DNA of 64,000 bases from an uncultured Chloroflexia bacterium (GTDB taxonomy: Bacteria; Chloroflexota; Limnocylindria; Limnocylindrales; CSP1-4), in the NCBI GenBank assembly GCA_963749705.1, contig CAVVNQ010000003.1:96001-160000 (forward strand), in the 5' to 3' direction. Positions 39,104 to 48,327 of this stretch are shown here, piece by piece; within the stretch, counting starts at the first letter, position 1, and every line of letters starts with the position of its first letter. Made by a program: the position numbers and the translations under genes. The notes beneath the pieces are model-generated. The model was not told the origin of the DNA and did no database searches. It saw only the letters and a list, made by a program, of their open reading frames with translations.

Positions 39104-40903
39104 CTACGGGGTTGCCATGACCGATCCGCCGTGCGCGCGGGTGGTCGTCCCATCCCGATAGTCGACATCCGCCGTGTACGTTTCGAAACCGTCGGCGGTC
39201 GCGAACGTCACGGCCCAGATCCACGTGGTGTCGTTTGCGCCTCCTTGTTCGTCAACCACCGCGACCGGCCCCGCCTCGGCGGACAGCAGGACGAGGTCGA
39301 CGCCCGACACCATGGAGCTCCCATTGAGGTACTGCCGGGCCGCGACCACCGCCTCATCGAGCGAGATGCCACTGGATGGCTGGGCCGCCAGGTACACCGG
39401 GGCGATCCGAGCCGCCCCGTACATCACCACGCGGTCGAGCACCGGCTTGAAGGCGCAGTCCGCCGCGGCGCAGCCCCGGTCGCGCACGTGCACCTGGAGC
39501 AGGACCGGCCGTTGCTCCGAGCGGCCCGGCAGTGCCAGGTTGTCCATGGTCGGGGTCGAGAAGATGGGCAGCGAGGCACCGCCGTCGCCCGTGGCCCGCA
39601 GCAGGATTGCCATGCATTCTTTGAAATAGACGCCGTTGGAAGCAGGGGTGCCCAAATCAAAGGAAGCGGAACAGCCGAGCTGATCGGTGCCCAACAGCCA
39701 ACCGCTGACGAAGATCGGCGAGTCGTCGGTCGCGGCGGCGATGCGGGCATCGGCCTCGGACCCGACCTGGACCACGGGCTCACCGTCGACCGACGAGGGG
39801 AACGTCTGACCCGGGTCGAGGACAGGAGAAGCACCCGACCCGATCGGTCCGCTGCCGCCCCCGAACACTGTCCCATCCATGTAGTCCACATACTCGACGC
39901 GCTCGGTATAGCCGTCGTTCAAGACCATGTTCACGACCCATTCCCAGCGAGCGGGCTGGTCGCCGGCCTGATCATCCAGCCACTGGGCCGTGCCGACCGC
40001 CACCCGGAGCACGGGCAACTGGCCCGGTGCCGGCGGCGGATAGTGCACCAACTGGCGACGAGCGCTCTCGATCGCCTGCTCGGCGGTGATCCCACCGGGC
40101 GGCATCGCGGAGGTCAGCAACCCGGGCGCAACCATGACCGCCCCGTACATCAGGACGCGGTCGAGCACCGGCATCCGGGCACAGTCGCTTCCCTCACATT
40201 GCGGGTCGCGGACATGAACCTGGACCAGCACCGGCTGTGCCCGCGCCGGGCCGGGCCGAACCAGAACCAGGTACGGACGCGCGGCGATTGTCGAGAAGAT
40301 CCGGAGCGCGGGACCGCCGTCGGCCGCAGCCCTCAGGAGTGTCCCGATGCAATCCGGTCCGAGCGTGCCATCTGGAGCCGGCACGCCGCCATTCTCCTCG
40401 GCGCAGTCGATCCAGTTCCAGTCCCCAGACACCAGCCACCCGCTGAGGTAGATCGGCGCGTCGTCGGTCGCGGCGGCGATACGGGCGTCGGCCTCGGGCC
40501 CGACCTGGACCACCGACGTGCCGTCGACCGAGGGCGGGAAGGTCTGGTTCGGGTCGAGGACCGGGACCGTGACCCCGTCCGGGTTGACGCTCGCCGACGG
40601 CGCGGGCGATCCGGTCGGCGTCGTCGGCGTCGAGATCGGGAGCGGAGACGCCGCGGTCGTGTTTGGCAGCCGCAGCCCGTTCAATCCGACAACGAGCGCA
40701 ACGACCGCCACCGCCACGACCGCGAGACCCAGGACGAGGCCGGTGCCGCGGCGGCGGGCTGCCCCGCCCCCCGCCTCGAGCGCCGTCGACACGAGGTCGC
40801 GGTCGGCGAGGTCGTGCTCGGCCCGGGACACGGCCCGGGACCAGGACGCCTGCAGTCGCTGCTCGATGTCCCGGTCGTCGTCGGGGCGCATCGGGGACGT
40901 CAT
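39104..40903 (-). CDS. Single-TM protein with duplicated extracellular module; putative anti-sigma factor
   Basis: Start overlaps ECF sigma stop; short cytoplasmic N-terminus, TM, two ~245-aa repeats. Confidence 0.7.
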   Translation of the reverse strand: MTSPMRPDDDRDIEQRLQASWSRAVSRAEHDLADRDLVSTALEAGGGAARRRGTGLVLGLAVVAVAVVALVVGLNGLRLPNTTAASPLPISTPTTPTGSPAPSASVNPDGVTVPVLDPNQTFPPSVDGTSVVQVGPEADARIAAATDDAPIYLSGWLVSGDWNWIDCAEENGGVPAPDGTLGPDCIGTLLRAAADGGPALRIFSTIAARPYLVLVRPGPARAQPVLVQVHVRDPQCEGSDCARMPVLDRVLMYGAVMVAPGLLTSAMPPGGITAEQAIESARRQLVHYPPPAPGQLPVLRVAVGTAQWLDDQAGDQPARWEWVVNMVLNDGYTERVEYVDYMDGTVFGGGSGPIGSGASPVLDPGQTFPSSVDGEPVVQVGSEADARIAAATDDSPIFVSGWLLGTDQLGCSASFDLGTPASNGVYFKECMAILLRATGDGGASLPIFSTPTMDNLALPGRSEQRPVLLQVHVRDRGCAAADCAFKPVLDRVVMYGAARIAPVYLAAQPSSGISLDEAVVAARQYLNGSSMVSGVDLVLLSAEAGPVAVVDEQGGANDTTWIWAVTFATADGFETYTADVDYRDGTTTRAHGGSVMATP

Positions 40904-41445
40904 GTCAGCACCTCCCGCAGCTTCGCCAGACCCAGGCGCAGCAACGTCTTGACCGTGTTCTCGCTCACGCCCATCGCGCCGGCGGTCTCCGCGACCGACA
41001 GCGACACGAGGTGGTGGAGCACGACCGCGACCCGCATCCGCGCAGGCAGCTTCGCGACCGCCATCCGGACCACCAGGTCCTCATCGGACGGGCCTCCCGC
41101 CGGCGCCTCGAGCACGCGGCCATCAAGCGACACGAGCGATCGCAGGCGGCGGCGAAGCCTGAATGCCTCCCGCATCTCGATGGTCAGCAGCCACGAACGA
41201 AGCCGCGCGGGATCCTGAAGCTGGCTCCGTCGGCGGACGGCGATCTCGAGCGTCGCCTGGACGAGGTCCTCCGCGTCGGCCTCGGAGCGCATCAGGTAGC
41301 GCGCCGTCGCCAGCAGCGTCGGCGCCAGCGCGACGATCTCGCGGTCCCCGATGACCTCCGTGTCCGCCGCCATGCGCAGCCCAGTCCCCTCGATGCTCCA
41401 TCCCGGCGCCTCGTCCCGCGCGAGCGACGCCTCATGCAGGGTCAT
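40900..41445 (-). CDS. ECF sigma factor
   Basis: DAEDLVQATL, LRSWLLTI, LPARMRVAVVLHH...SVAETAGAMGVSENTVKT; start uncertain (41445 or 41373). Confidence 0.9.
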   Translation of the reverse strand: MTLHEASLARDEAPGWSIEGTGLRMAADTEVIGDREIVALAPTLLATARYLMRSEADAEDLVQATLEIAVRRRSQLQDPARLRSWLLTIEMREAFRLRRRLRSLVSLDGRVLEAPAGGPSDEDLVVRMAVAKLPARMRVAVVLHHLVSLSVAETAGAMGVSENTVKTLLRLGLAKLREVLT

Positions 41446-41518
41446 GCACATACAGAGGCGGCGGAAGGGCCGAATGGGTGAACGCCGATCGGGAGATCCG
41501 GGAGCGCGCCAGGCGCAG

Positions 41519-42013
41519 CTAGAGGGGCTCGCCCTCACCGGCGCCGGGGACGGGCTCGCCGGCACGCGTGTTGATCGGGCGCGGCGCGAGGCGCCCCTCA
41601 CCGCGCGCGGGCCGGCGCGCCGGAGGTGATTGCGGGTCGGGCGCGACGGCGTCGCTGTCGATGACCGATGGGAGCGCCAGCTGCGGCACCGGGAGCTCGA
41701 CCACGATCGCGCGCATCGGCGCGCCATCGGTCCAGGCAGCGTGGATGACGTCCGGCGGCCACACGGCGGCCTCACCGGCCTGGATGCGCGTCCGCTCGTC
41801 GCCCACCAGCACCCAGCCGCCGCCCTCGATCACCAGGAAGTAGGTCGTGTTGGGGTTCGTGTGCGGCGCGATCCGCGCCTGGCGGCCGAACGCGAGCTCG
41901 GCGATCGTCCCTGAGCTCGCGCCCTGGATGACCTGCGCTTCGATCCCGGTTGTTCCTGGTGGCCCATCCGGGCGCCGGTGCCCGACGCCGAACCGACGGA
42001 CGTCAATGGGCAT
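41519..42013 (-). CDS. Cupin-domain protein
   Basis: IAPHTNP..FLVIEGGG...IQAGEAAVWPPDVIHA. Confidence 0.8.
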   Translation of the reverse strand: MPIDVRRFGVGHRRPDGPPGTTGIEAQVIQGASSGTIAELAFGRQARIAPHTNPNTTYFLVIEGGGWVLVGDERTRIQAGEAAVWPPDVIHAAWTDGAPMRAIVVELPVPQLALPSVIDSDAVAPDPQSPPARRPARGEGRLAPRPINTRAGEPVPGAGEGEPL

Positions 42014-42025
42014 CGCGGCGCGGCG

Positions 42026-42457
42026 TCAGCGGCGGCGGCGGCGCCGCGACGAGCGGGTCCGGATCGTCGCCTCGGGCTTGGCAAAGCGCTCGCGGGAGAA
42101 GTACCGCTGCTTCGCAAGCTGCCGCTCGTACGCGCGGAACTCGGGCGGGAACCGGAAGAACCGGATCCACAGCAGCGTCCCCATGCCGACCACGATCGTC
42201 GAGAACACGATGATCCAGTCGAAGCGGAACAACGCGTACACGAGGAGCAGGCTGAACACGATGATCCCGGTCCACAGGATCCACTCGTACATGTCCAGGT
42301 ACACCTTGTGCCGGTGCAGCTGCCGGGTCCTGACGTTGTACAGCACGACCGTCGCGACGAGCATGACCAGCGACCCGATCCAGATCGGGTTGTAAAGATC
42401 CGGGAAGTTCTCCAGGCTGAACGACCGGAACAGGTATTCCCAGGGATAGAGCCTCAC
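42026..42457 (-). CDS. Hypothetical membrane protein with Arg-rich C-terminus
   Basis: GAGAGGA + GTG; three hydrophobic helices; ends RRRRRR. Confidence 0.75.
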   Translation of the reverse strand: MRLYPWEYLFRSFSLENFPDLYNPIWIGSLVMLVATVVLYNVRTRQLHRHKVYLDMYEWILWTGIIVFSLLLVYALFRFDWIIVFSTIVVGMGTLLWIRFFRFPPEFRAYERQLAKQRYFSRERFAKPEATIRTRSSRRRRRR

Positions 42458-42638
42458 GCGGGTCCTCTCGACGTCGGCCGGCGGACCGGCCCGATGATTG
42501 GCGGTCCGAGTATGCCACGGGCCCCACGGTATACTCGGCGCCTGAACGCGCCCGCCCGAAACGGCCCGGAACCCGTCCCACGGCCCGGTCGTCGAAACGG
42601 CGTGTCGCACCCACCGCCCGGAGGGAGGACCCACGCAG

Positions 42639-44186
42639 GTGCGTGCGCTGCTCTCGGTCGCAAGCCGCGAGGGGATCTCCGGATTCGCGCGCGAGCTCAA
42701 GCAGCTGGGCGTCGAGCTGTTCGCCACGGACGGCACCCTCGAGCACCTGGCGGCTGACGGCATCGAGGCGGCGCCGATCGGCGACCTCACCTCCGTGCCA
42801 CCCCTCGTCGGCGGCCAGGTCCGGACGTTCCACCCGGCGATCTACGCGGGCATCCTCGCGCGGCGTGACGTGCCGGACCAGCTCGAGGAGCTGGCCACCA
42901 ACGGGATCGGGCTGCTGGACATCGTGGTCGTCAACGTCAAGCCGTTCGCACCCGAGGTGGGGCGCCAGCACATCGGCATCGACGAGGCGATCGAGATGAT
43001 CGATGTCGCCGGGCCCGCGCTGCTCGGTGCCGCGGCACGCAACGCGGCCGGGGTCACCGCGGTCTGCCGGCCGGAGCACTACGCGATCGTGCTCGAGGAG
43101 ATGCGCGAGATGGGCCAGGTGTCGGCCGAGACCCGGTACCGCCTGGCCGCGGACGCCTACGGCACCGTTGCCGCGTACCACGCCGAGATCGCCGCGTATC
43201 TCAACCAGATCTCGGGCAATGCCTTCCCGCAGCGCCTGGCGCTCGTGCTCGAGAAGGTGACCGACCTTGCGTACGGCGAGAATCCCCACCAGCGAGCGGC
43301 GTTCTACCGCGAGACGACGCACCGGTCGGGCTCGCTGGCCGACGCGGCGCAGGTCCACGGTGCCCCGCCGACGTTCAACAACCTGATGGACATCGATGCC
43401 GCCTACCGCATCGCAGCCGACTACACGTCGCCCACGGTGGTCATCGCCAAGCACACCGACCCGGTGGGCATCGCGACCTCGGACGAGCTCGTGGAGGCCT
43501 ATCGAAAGGCGCTCGAGACCGATCCGGTTGCCTCGTTCGGCGGCATCGTCGGCGTCAACCGGGAGCTGGACGGCGCCACGGCGCGCGAGATCGCCGCGAA
43601 CTCCTACGAGGCCGTGGTCGCGCCCGGGTTCTCGCAGGCCGCCATCGGCATCCTGCGCCAGAAGGCCGGGCTCGAGCTGCTGGCCGTCCCGCCGTCGCCG
43701 ACGGAGGGCATGCGGGACTACGGGATCGCCAACCTCGACTTCAAGCGCGTCGGCGGCGGCCTCCTGGTGGAGGCCCTCGACGCGGTCGATCTCGACCGAG
43801 GCCAGCTCCAGGTCGTGACGCGGCGCCACCCGACGCTGGGTGAGCTGACCGACATGCTGTTCGCATGGCGCGCCGTGCGGCACGTCCGGTCCAATGCCAT
43901 CGTGCTCGTGCGCAACGCCGCGACCGTCGGCATCGGCGCCGCGCAGGCCAGCCGCAACACCTCGGTGGACATCGCGCTCCGCCGTGCGGGCAGTCGCGCC
44001 AAGCTCTCGGTGATGGCGGCGGACGCCTACTTCCCGTTCCCGGATGGGATCCAGATCGCCGCCAACGCGGGGATCACGGCGATCATCCAGCCCGGCGGCT
44101 CGATCCGCGACGAGATGGCGATCGAGGTCGCCGACCGGCACCATCTCGCGATGGTGTTCACCGGCAAGCGCCACTTCCGACACTGA
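42639..44186 (+). CDS. purH: PurH-family AICAR transformylase/IMP cyclohydrolase (divergent)
   Basis: RALLSV, YGENPHQ, KH catalytic pair, SNAIV, DAYFPFPD, IQPGGSIRD, RHFRH. Confidence 0.88.
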   Translation: MRALLSVASREGISGFARELKQLGVELFATDGTLEHLAADGIEAAPIGDLTSVPPLVGGQVRTFHPAIYAGILARRDVPDQLEELATNGIGLLDIVVVNVKPFAPEVGRQHIGIDEAIEMIDVAGPALLGAAARNAAGVTAVCRPEHYAIVLEEMREMGQVSAETRYRLAADAYGTVAAYHAEIAAYLNQISGNAFPQRLALVLEKVTDLAYGENPHQRAAFYRETTHRSGSLADAAQVHGAPPTFNNLMDIDAAYRIAADYTSPTVVIAKHTDPVGIATSDELVEAYRKALETDPVASFGGIVGVNRELDGATAREIAANSYEAVVAPGFSQAAIGILRQKAGLELLAVPPSPTEGMRDYGIANLDFKRVGGGLLVEALDAVDLDRGQLQVVTRRHPTLGELTDMLFAWRAVRHVRSNAIVLVRNAATVGIGAAQASRNTSVDIALRRAGSRAKLSVMAADAYFPFPDGIQIAANAGITAIIQPGGSIRDEMAIEVADRHHLAMVFTGKRHFRH

Positions 44187-44199
44187 ACGAGAGGCCACC

Positions 44200-45183
44200 A
44201 TGGAGCTGATGCTCGCGCTGGAGATGGTCCGGGTCACCGAGGCCGCGGCGATCGCGTCGGCCCGGTTCATGGGCAAGGGGCAGCGCGACGAGGCGGACCA
44301 GGCGGCGACCGAGGCGATGCGCCGGACCATGGACGAGGCCCACATCGCGGGCACGATCGTGATCGGCGAAGGCGAGCGCGACCAGGCGCCGATGCTGTAC
44401 ATCGGGGAGCAGGTCGGCCGCTCCGAGGCGTCGGACGCGGCGAGCGCCGTGGACATCGCGGTGGACCCGCTCGAAGGGACCAACCTCGTCGCGACCGGCC
44501 AGGGCGACGCGATCACCGTGCTCGCGGCGTCCGAGCGCGGCGGCCTGACGCATGCGCCGGACACGTATCTGGAGAAGCTGTGCGTGGGGCCGGTCGCCGC
44601 GGGTGCCGTGGACATCACCCGGCCGGCCGCCGAGAACTGTCACCGGATCGCGGAGGCGCTGCGACGCAAGGTCCAGGACATCACGGTGATCATCCTCGAT
44701 CGGCCCCGGCACGACGACCTGATCGCCGAGGTCCGGTCCACGGGCGCCCGGATCAAGCTGATCACCGACGGCGATCTCTCGGGCGCGATCAGCTGCGCGG
44801 TCCAGGGAACCGGCGTCCATGCCGTGATGGGCATCGGCGGGGCGCCCGAGGGCGTGATCACCGCGGCCGCGCTGCGCTGCCTCGGTGGCGAGATCCAGGC
44901 GCGGTTCCGCTTTCGCAACGACGAGGAACGAGAGCGCGCGACCCGGATGATGGGGACCGCGGACGAGGAGCGGGTCTACCGGACCGAGGATCTCGCATCG
45001 GGGGACGAGCTGGTGTTCGCGGCCACCGGCGTGACCAACGGGGAGCTGCTCCAGGGCGTGCGCTTCTTCGGCGGCGGCGCGCGGACGCACTCGCTCGTGA
45101 TGGGCTACCAGACCAAGCAGGTCCGGTTCGTCGATACGGTCCACATGTTCGACCGCGACCGTCCGCCGGCGGTCCGGCTGTAG
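44200..45183 (+). CDS. glpX: Class II fructose-1,6-bisphosphatase
   Basis: RVTEAAA, VIGEGERD.APML, DIAVDPLEGT, LDRPRH, DGD, GGAPEGV, ATGVT. Confidence 0.96.
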   Translation: MELMLALEMVRVTEAAAIASARFMGKGQRDEADQAATEAMRRTMDEAHIAGTIVIGEGERDQAPMLYIGEQVGRSEASDAASAVDIAVDPLEGTNLVATGQGDAITVLAASERGGLTHAPDTYLEKLCVGPVAAGAVDITRPAAENCHRIAEALRRKVQDITVIILDRPRHDDLIAEVRSTGARIKLITDGDLSGAISCAVQGTGVHAVMGIGGAPEGVITAAALRCLGGEIQARFRFRNDEERERATRMMGTADEERVYRTEDLASGDELVFAATGVTNGELLQGVRFFGGGARTHSLVMGYQTKQVRFVDTVHMFDRDRPPAVRL

Positions 45184-45238
45184 GCGGGCTCGACACCCGG
45201 CGGGCGGGCGATCCGCTCGCGCTTTCTCCAGCCGCGGG

Positions 45239-45835
45239 TCAGGCGAGCGGGCGCCACCCGGCGCCGTCCCATTCGGCGACCGCCTGCACCGCGTCGGCTC
45301 CCTCGACCGAGCGCTGACGCCCCGCGGCGGTCGCGACGGTCTCGCCCCAATCCGGCGGCGTGAGGCCGGGCACGAGATCGGACAGCGGGGCGAGCACGAA
45401 CAGTCGATGGCGCGCCTCGCGGTGCGGCACGGTCAGCGGAAGCGCCGCCTTGTCGGGATCCGCGCTTCGTGCGCCCGCCGGTCGGTCGACCTCGATGACA
45501 TGGCGGCCGAACACCAGCAGGTCGAGATCGACCTCACGCGGACCCCAGTGCCGGCGCGGCCGGCGGCCGAGGGCATGCTCGAGACCCTTGAGCGCGATCA
45601 GCAGGGCGACGGCACCCTCGTCGGGCGAGTGACCCGACGGGACGTCCAGCGCCACCGCCGCGTTGCTGAACCGGGGCTGGTCCAGGACACCGACCGGCGT
45701 GGTGGCATACAGGCGCGACACCCCGGCGAGCCGGGCGCCGGGGAGCGCGGCAAGCGCCCGGACGGCGGCGGCCAGCGTTGCCGGAGCGTCGCCGACGTTG
45801 GCGCCGAGCCCGATGTATGCCCGCACACGGCCCAC
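45239..45835 (-). CDS. folK: HPPK (7,8-dihydro-6-hydroxymethylpterin pyrophosphokinase)
   Basis: AYIGLGANVGD, SRLYAT.P, FSNAAV, LE..LGR, WGPREVDLDLL, LTVPH, RLFVLAPL. Confidence 0.92.
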   Translation of the reverse strand: MGRVRAYIGLGANVGDAPATLAAAVRALAALPGARLAGVSRLYATTPVGVLDQPRFSNAAVALDVPSGHSPDEGAVALLIALKGLEHALGRRPRRHWGPREVDLDLLVFGRHVIEVDRPAGARSADPDKAALPLTVPHREARHRLFVLAPLSDLVPGLTPPDWGETVATAAGRQRSVEGADAVQAVAEWDGAGWRPLA

Positions 45836-45871
45836 GGCCGGAACCCTCCGCGTCGCTAGACTCGACCGGTC

Positions 45872-46963
45872 ATGCCGCCGGTCACCGTCCTCGTCCTCGC
45901 TCCCGCCCCGGCGGTCGACGCCGGACCCCTGGAGCGCGGCCTCGATGCGGCCCGCGCGGACCTCGCCGAGTGGCACCGCGCCGGGTTCCTCGCGGCCGGC
46001 GCCTCGGAGGTGATCGTCCGGCGGGAGCCGCCCGACGATACTCCATTCGGGGCACGGCTCCGCCGGCTCGCCGGCGAGCTGCGACCGGCGGGCCTGGTGG
46101 TGCTCGGCGCGGGCGCCATGCCCCTCGCGACGTCGGCGGACAGGCGTGCATTCGTCGCCGTTGCCGCGGGGACGGCGCCGGCTGCCCTGGCAAACCAGCG
46201 GTACTCGGCCGACGCGATCGCGCTCGCGTGCGCCGGATCGATCCTCGCCGGCATCCCGGACCTTGCGTCGGACAACGCCCTGCCGCGCTGGCTGGTGGAG
46301 GTCGCCGGGGTCGAGGTGGCGGACCTGGCCCGGAGGCGCCGGCTGGCGATGGACGTCGACTCGCCGCTGGACCTGCTGCTGCTCGATGGAGCGCGCGGCG
46401 CGGCGCACGTGTCGCTGCCGTCCGATGCCGACTCGGCGCCGGTCCGGGCCCGGCTGGCGGCGCTGCGCGCCGTCGCCGACGACCCGGCCGGCGAGATCCT
46501 GGTCGCCGGACGCACGTCCGCATCGGACATCGGCTGGCTCGAGCGAGCGACGCGGTCGAGGACGCGGGCGCTGGTCGAGGAACGTGGCCTCCGAACGGCC
46601 GAGGCCGCGACACAGCTCGGTCGCCCCAACCGCAGGCCGCCGCGCAGCATCCTGGGGACGCTCCTCGACGCCGACGGGCCCGAAAGCCTCGGCCGGCATG
46701 CCGGTTCGCTCGCCGACGGCGCCCTGATCGACACCCGGGTCCTGCTCGCGCACCGGCTGGGACCCGATGAGCGCGCCTGGCCGCGCCCCGAGGACCGGTA
46801 CGCGAGCGACCTCCTGCTCCCCGATCGCGTCCGCGATCCGTGGCTGCGCGCGCTGACCGCCGCCGCCGCCGGTGCCGGCATCCCCATCCAGCTCGGCGGA
46901 CACGCGCTGGTGGGTCCCGGCGTTCGGCTTGCGCTTCGTCGTCCCGGATCCGGCCGTGGATGA
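45872..46963 (+). CDS. Hypothetical protein, CofC/nucleotidyltransferase-like
   Basis: LGAGAMPL, NQRYSAD, SDNALP, MDVDSPLDL (resembles CofC DVDTPxDL). Confidence 0.55.
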   Translation: MPPVTVLVLAPAPAVDAGPLERGLDAARADLAEWHRAGFLAAGASEVIVRREPPDDTPFGARLRRLAGELRPAGLVVLGAGAMPLATSADRRAFVAVAAGTAPAALANQRYSADAIALACAGSILAGIPDLASDNALPRWLVEVAGVEVADLARRRRLAMDVDSPLDLLLLDGARGAAHVSLPSDADSAPVRARLAALRAVADDPAGEILVAGRTSASDIGWLERATRSRTRALVEERGLRTAEAATQLGRPNRRPPRSILGTLLDADGPESLGRHAGSLADGALIDTRVLLAHRLGPDERAWPRPEDRYASDLLLPDRVRDPWLRALTAAAAGAGIPIQLGGHALVGPGVRLALRRPGSGRG

Positions 46964-48167
46964 CGACACCGCCCTGGCCGGGCTGCGCCTGATCCGTGAC
47001 CCGCTCCCCGACCCGGAGTCGGTGGGGGAGGACGAGGAGCTGATCGCGCGCATCCGGGAGGAGATCGGGACCGCCGGCCCGATCACCGTTGCCCGGTTCA
47101 TGGAGCGCGCCCTGTACGAGCCGGATCACGGCTACTACCGTCGAGCCGCGGCCGGGCCGGGCCGGGCCGGGGACTTCCTCACCGCTCCCGAGACCCACCC
47201 GCTGTTCGGGGCGGCGGTGGGACGCCTGCTCGAACAGGCCTGGCAGGCACTGGGTCGTCCGGTGCCGTTCACCGTCACCGAGCCGGGCGCGGGCACGGGG
47301 ATGCTGGCGGCCGGGCTGCTGGGCGGGTTGCGGGACCTCGGGTCGCCGTTGTTCGAGGCGATCCGCTATCGCCCGGTCGAGGTGGAGCCCGAGCGCCTGG
47401 CCGCGCTGCGCACCCGGCTGATCGAAGATGGGCTGGCCGAGCGCCTGCACGCGGAGCCGCCCGGATCGAGCGGCGAGACGGGCGCCGTGGTCGCCAACGA
47501 GGTGCTGGACGCGCTGCCGGTCCACCGCGTGATCGGGCGCCAGGGGGCCCTGCGCGAGCTTCTCATCGACGTTCGGGACGGGGCGTTCGTCCAGGTGGAG
47601 GCCGAGCTGACGGATCCGCGACTCGCCACGCGGCTGGAGGCCGAGCAGGTCGCGATCGGCGAGGGCCAGGTCACCGAGGTATGCCTGGCCATCGAGCCCT
47701 GGCTCGCAGACGCGACGGCCCATCTCGCGCGGGGCATCGTCGTGCTCGTCGACTACGCGGCGGAGCCCGCCGAGCTCCACGGACCAGGCCGGCCTGCCGG
47801 GACCCTGCGGTCGTTCGCGCGCCACGCGGTCGGTGGCGATCCGTTGCGCCACGTCGGTCGCCAGGACCTGACGGCGACCGTGGACCTGGCGGCGGTGCGC
47901 ATGGCCGCGGCGGCCGCGGGCCTCGAGCCGGTGGGCGAGACGACGCAGGCGGAGCTGCTCGCGGCAGTGGGCTCCGGCGAGCTCGTCCAGGCGTTCCTTG
48001 CGCGACCCGGGGCGAGCCTCGGGGATGCCCTCGAGCTCCGTTCGGCGCTGGTGCGCCTCATGGATACGCGTGGCATGGGCGGCTTTCGCGTGCTCGCCTA
48101 CGGTCGCGGGCTGCCTCCCCGGGTCACGCTCCCGGGACTTGCCCGGATCGCCCGGCGCCCCGGGTAG
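46956..48167 (+). CDS. MidA/NDUFAF7-family SAM-dependent methyltransferase
   Basis: GPITVARFMERALY.P..GYY, GDFLTAPE, EPGAGTG, ANEVLDALP, VDY, GTL, GRQDLTATVD, MGGFRVL. Confidence 0.9.
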   Translation: MDDDTALAGLRLIRDPLPDPESVGEDEELIARIREEIGTAGPITVARFMERALYEPDHGYYRRAAAGPGRAGDFLTAPETHPLFGAAVGRLLEQAWQALGRPVPFTVTEPGAGTGMLAAGLLGGLRDLGSPLFEAIRYRPVEVEPERLAALRTRLIEDGLAERLHAEPPGSSGETGAVVANEVLDALPVHRVIGRQGALRELLIDVRDGAFVQVEAELTDPRLATRLEAEQVAIGEGQVTEVCLAIEPWLADATAHLARGIVVLVDYAAEPAELHGPGRPAGTLRSFARHAVGGDPLRHVGRQDLTATVDLAAVRMAAAAAGLEPVGETTQAELLAAVGSGELVQAFLARPGASLGDALELRSALVRLMDTRGMGGFRVLAYGRGLPPRVTLPGLARIARRPG

Positions 48168-48213
48168 GCGCCACCGGCGCGACGGCTCGCATCGGCCGTC
48201 GCCGGTACGCCGC

Positions 48214-48222
48214 TGCTAGAAT
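48214..48222 (+). promoter_or_regulatory. Extended -10 promoter of nuo operon
   Basis: TGcTAGAAT about 105 nt before nuoA, after a GC hairpin. Confidence 0.55.
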
Positions 48223-48327
48223 GCTCGTGCCGTGCTTCGCATGCACCAGCGCGGCACGCCCAGCGCCACCACTTCGACCGGGTGCCGACAAACCCCCTCG
48301 TCGGACCCGCTCGACACCGAGGACCAC

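Noticed and set aside
42540-42638. ZMP/ZTP (pfl) riboswitch before purH
   Set aside because: The conserved GACTGGCG...GTGG..CCAC.GGGGAGC core is not visible
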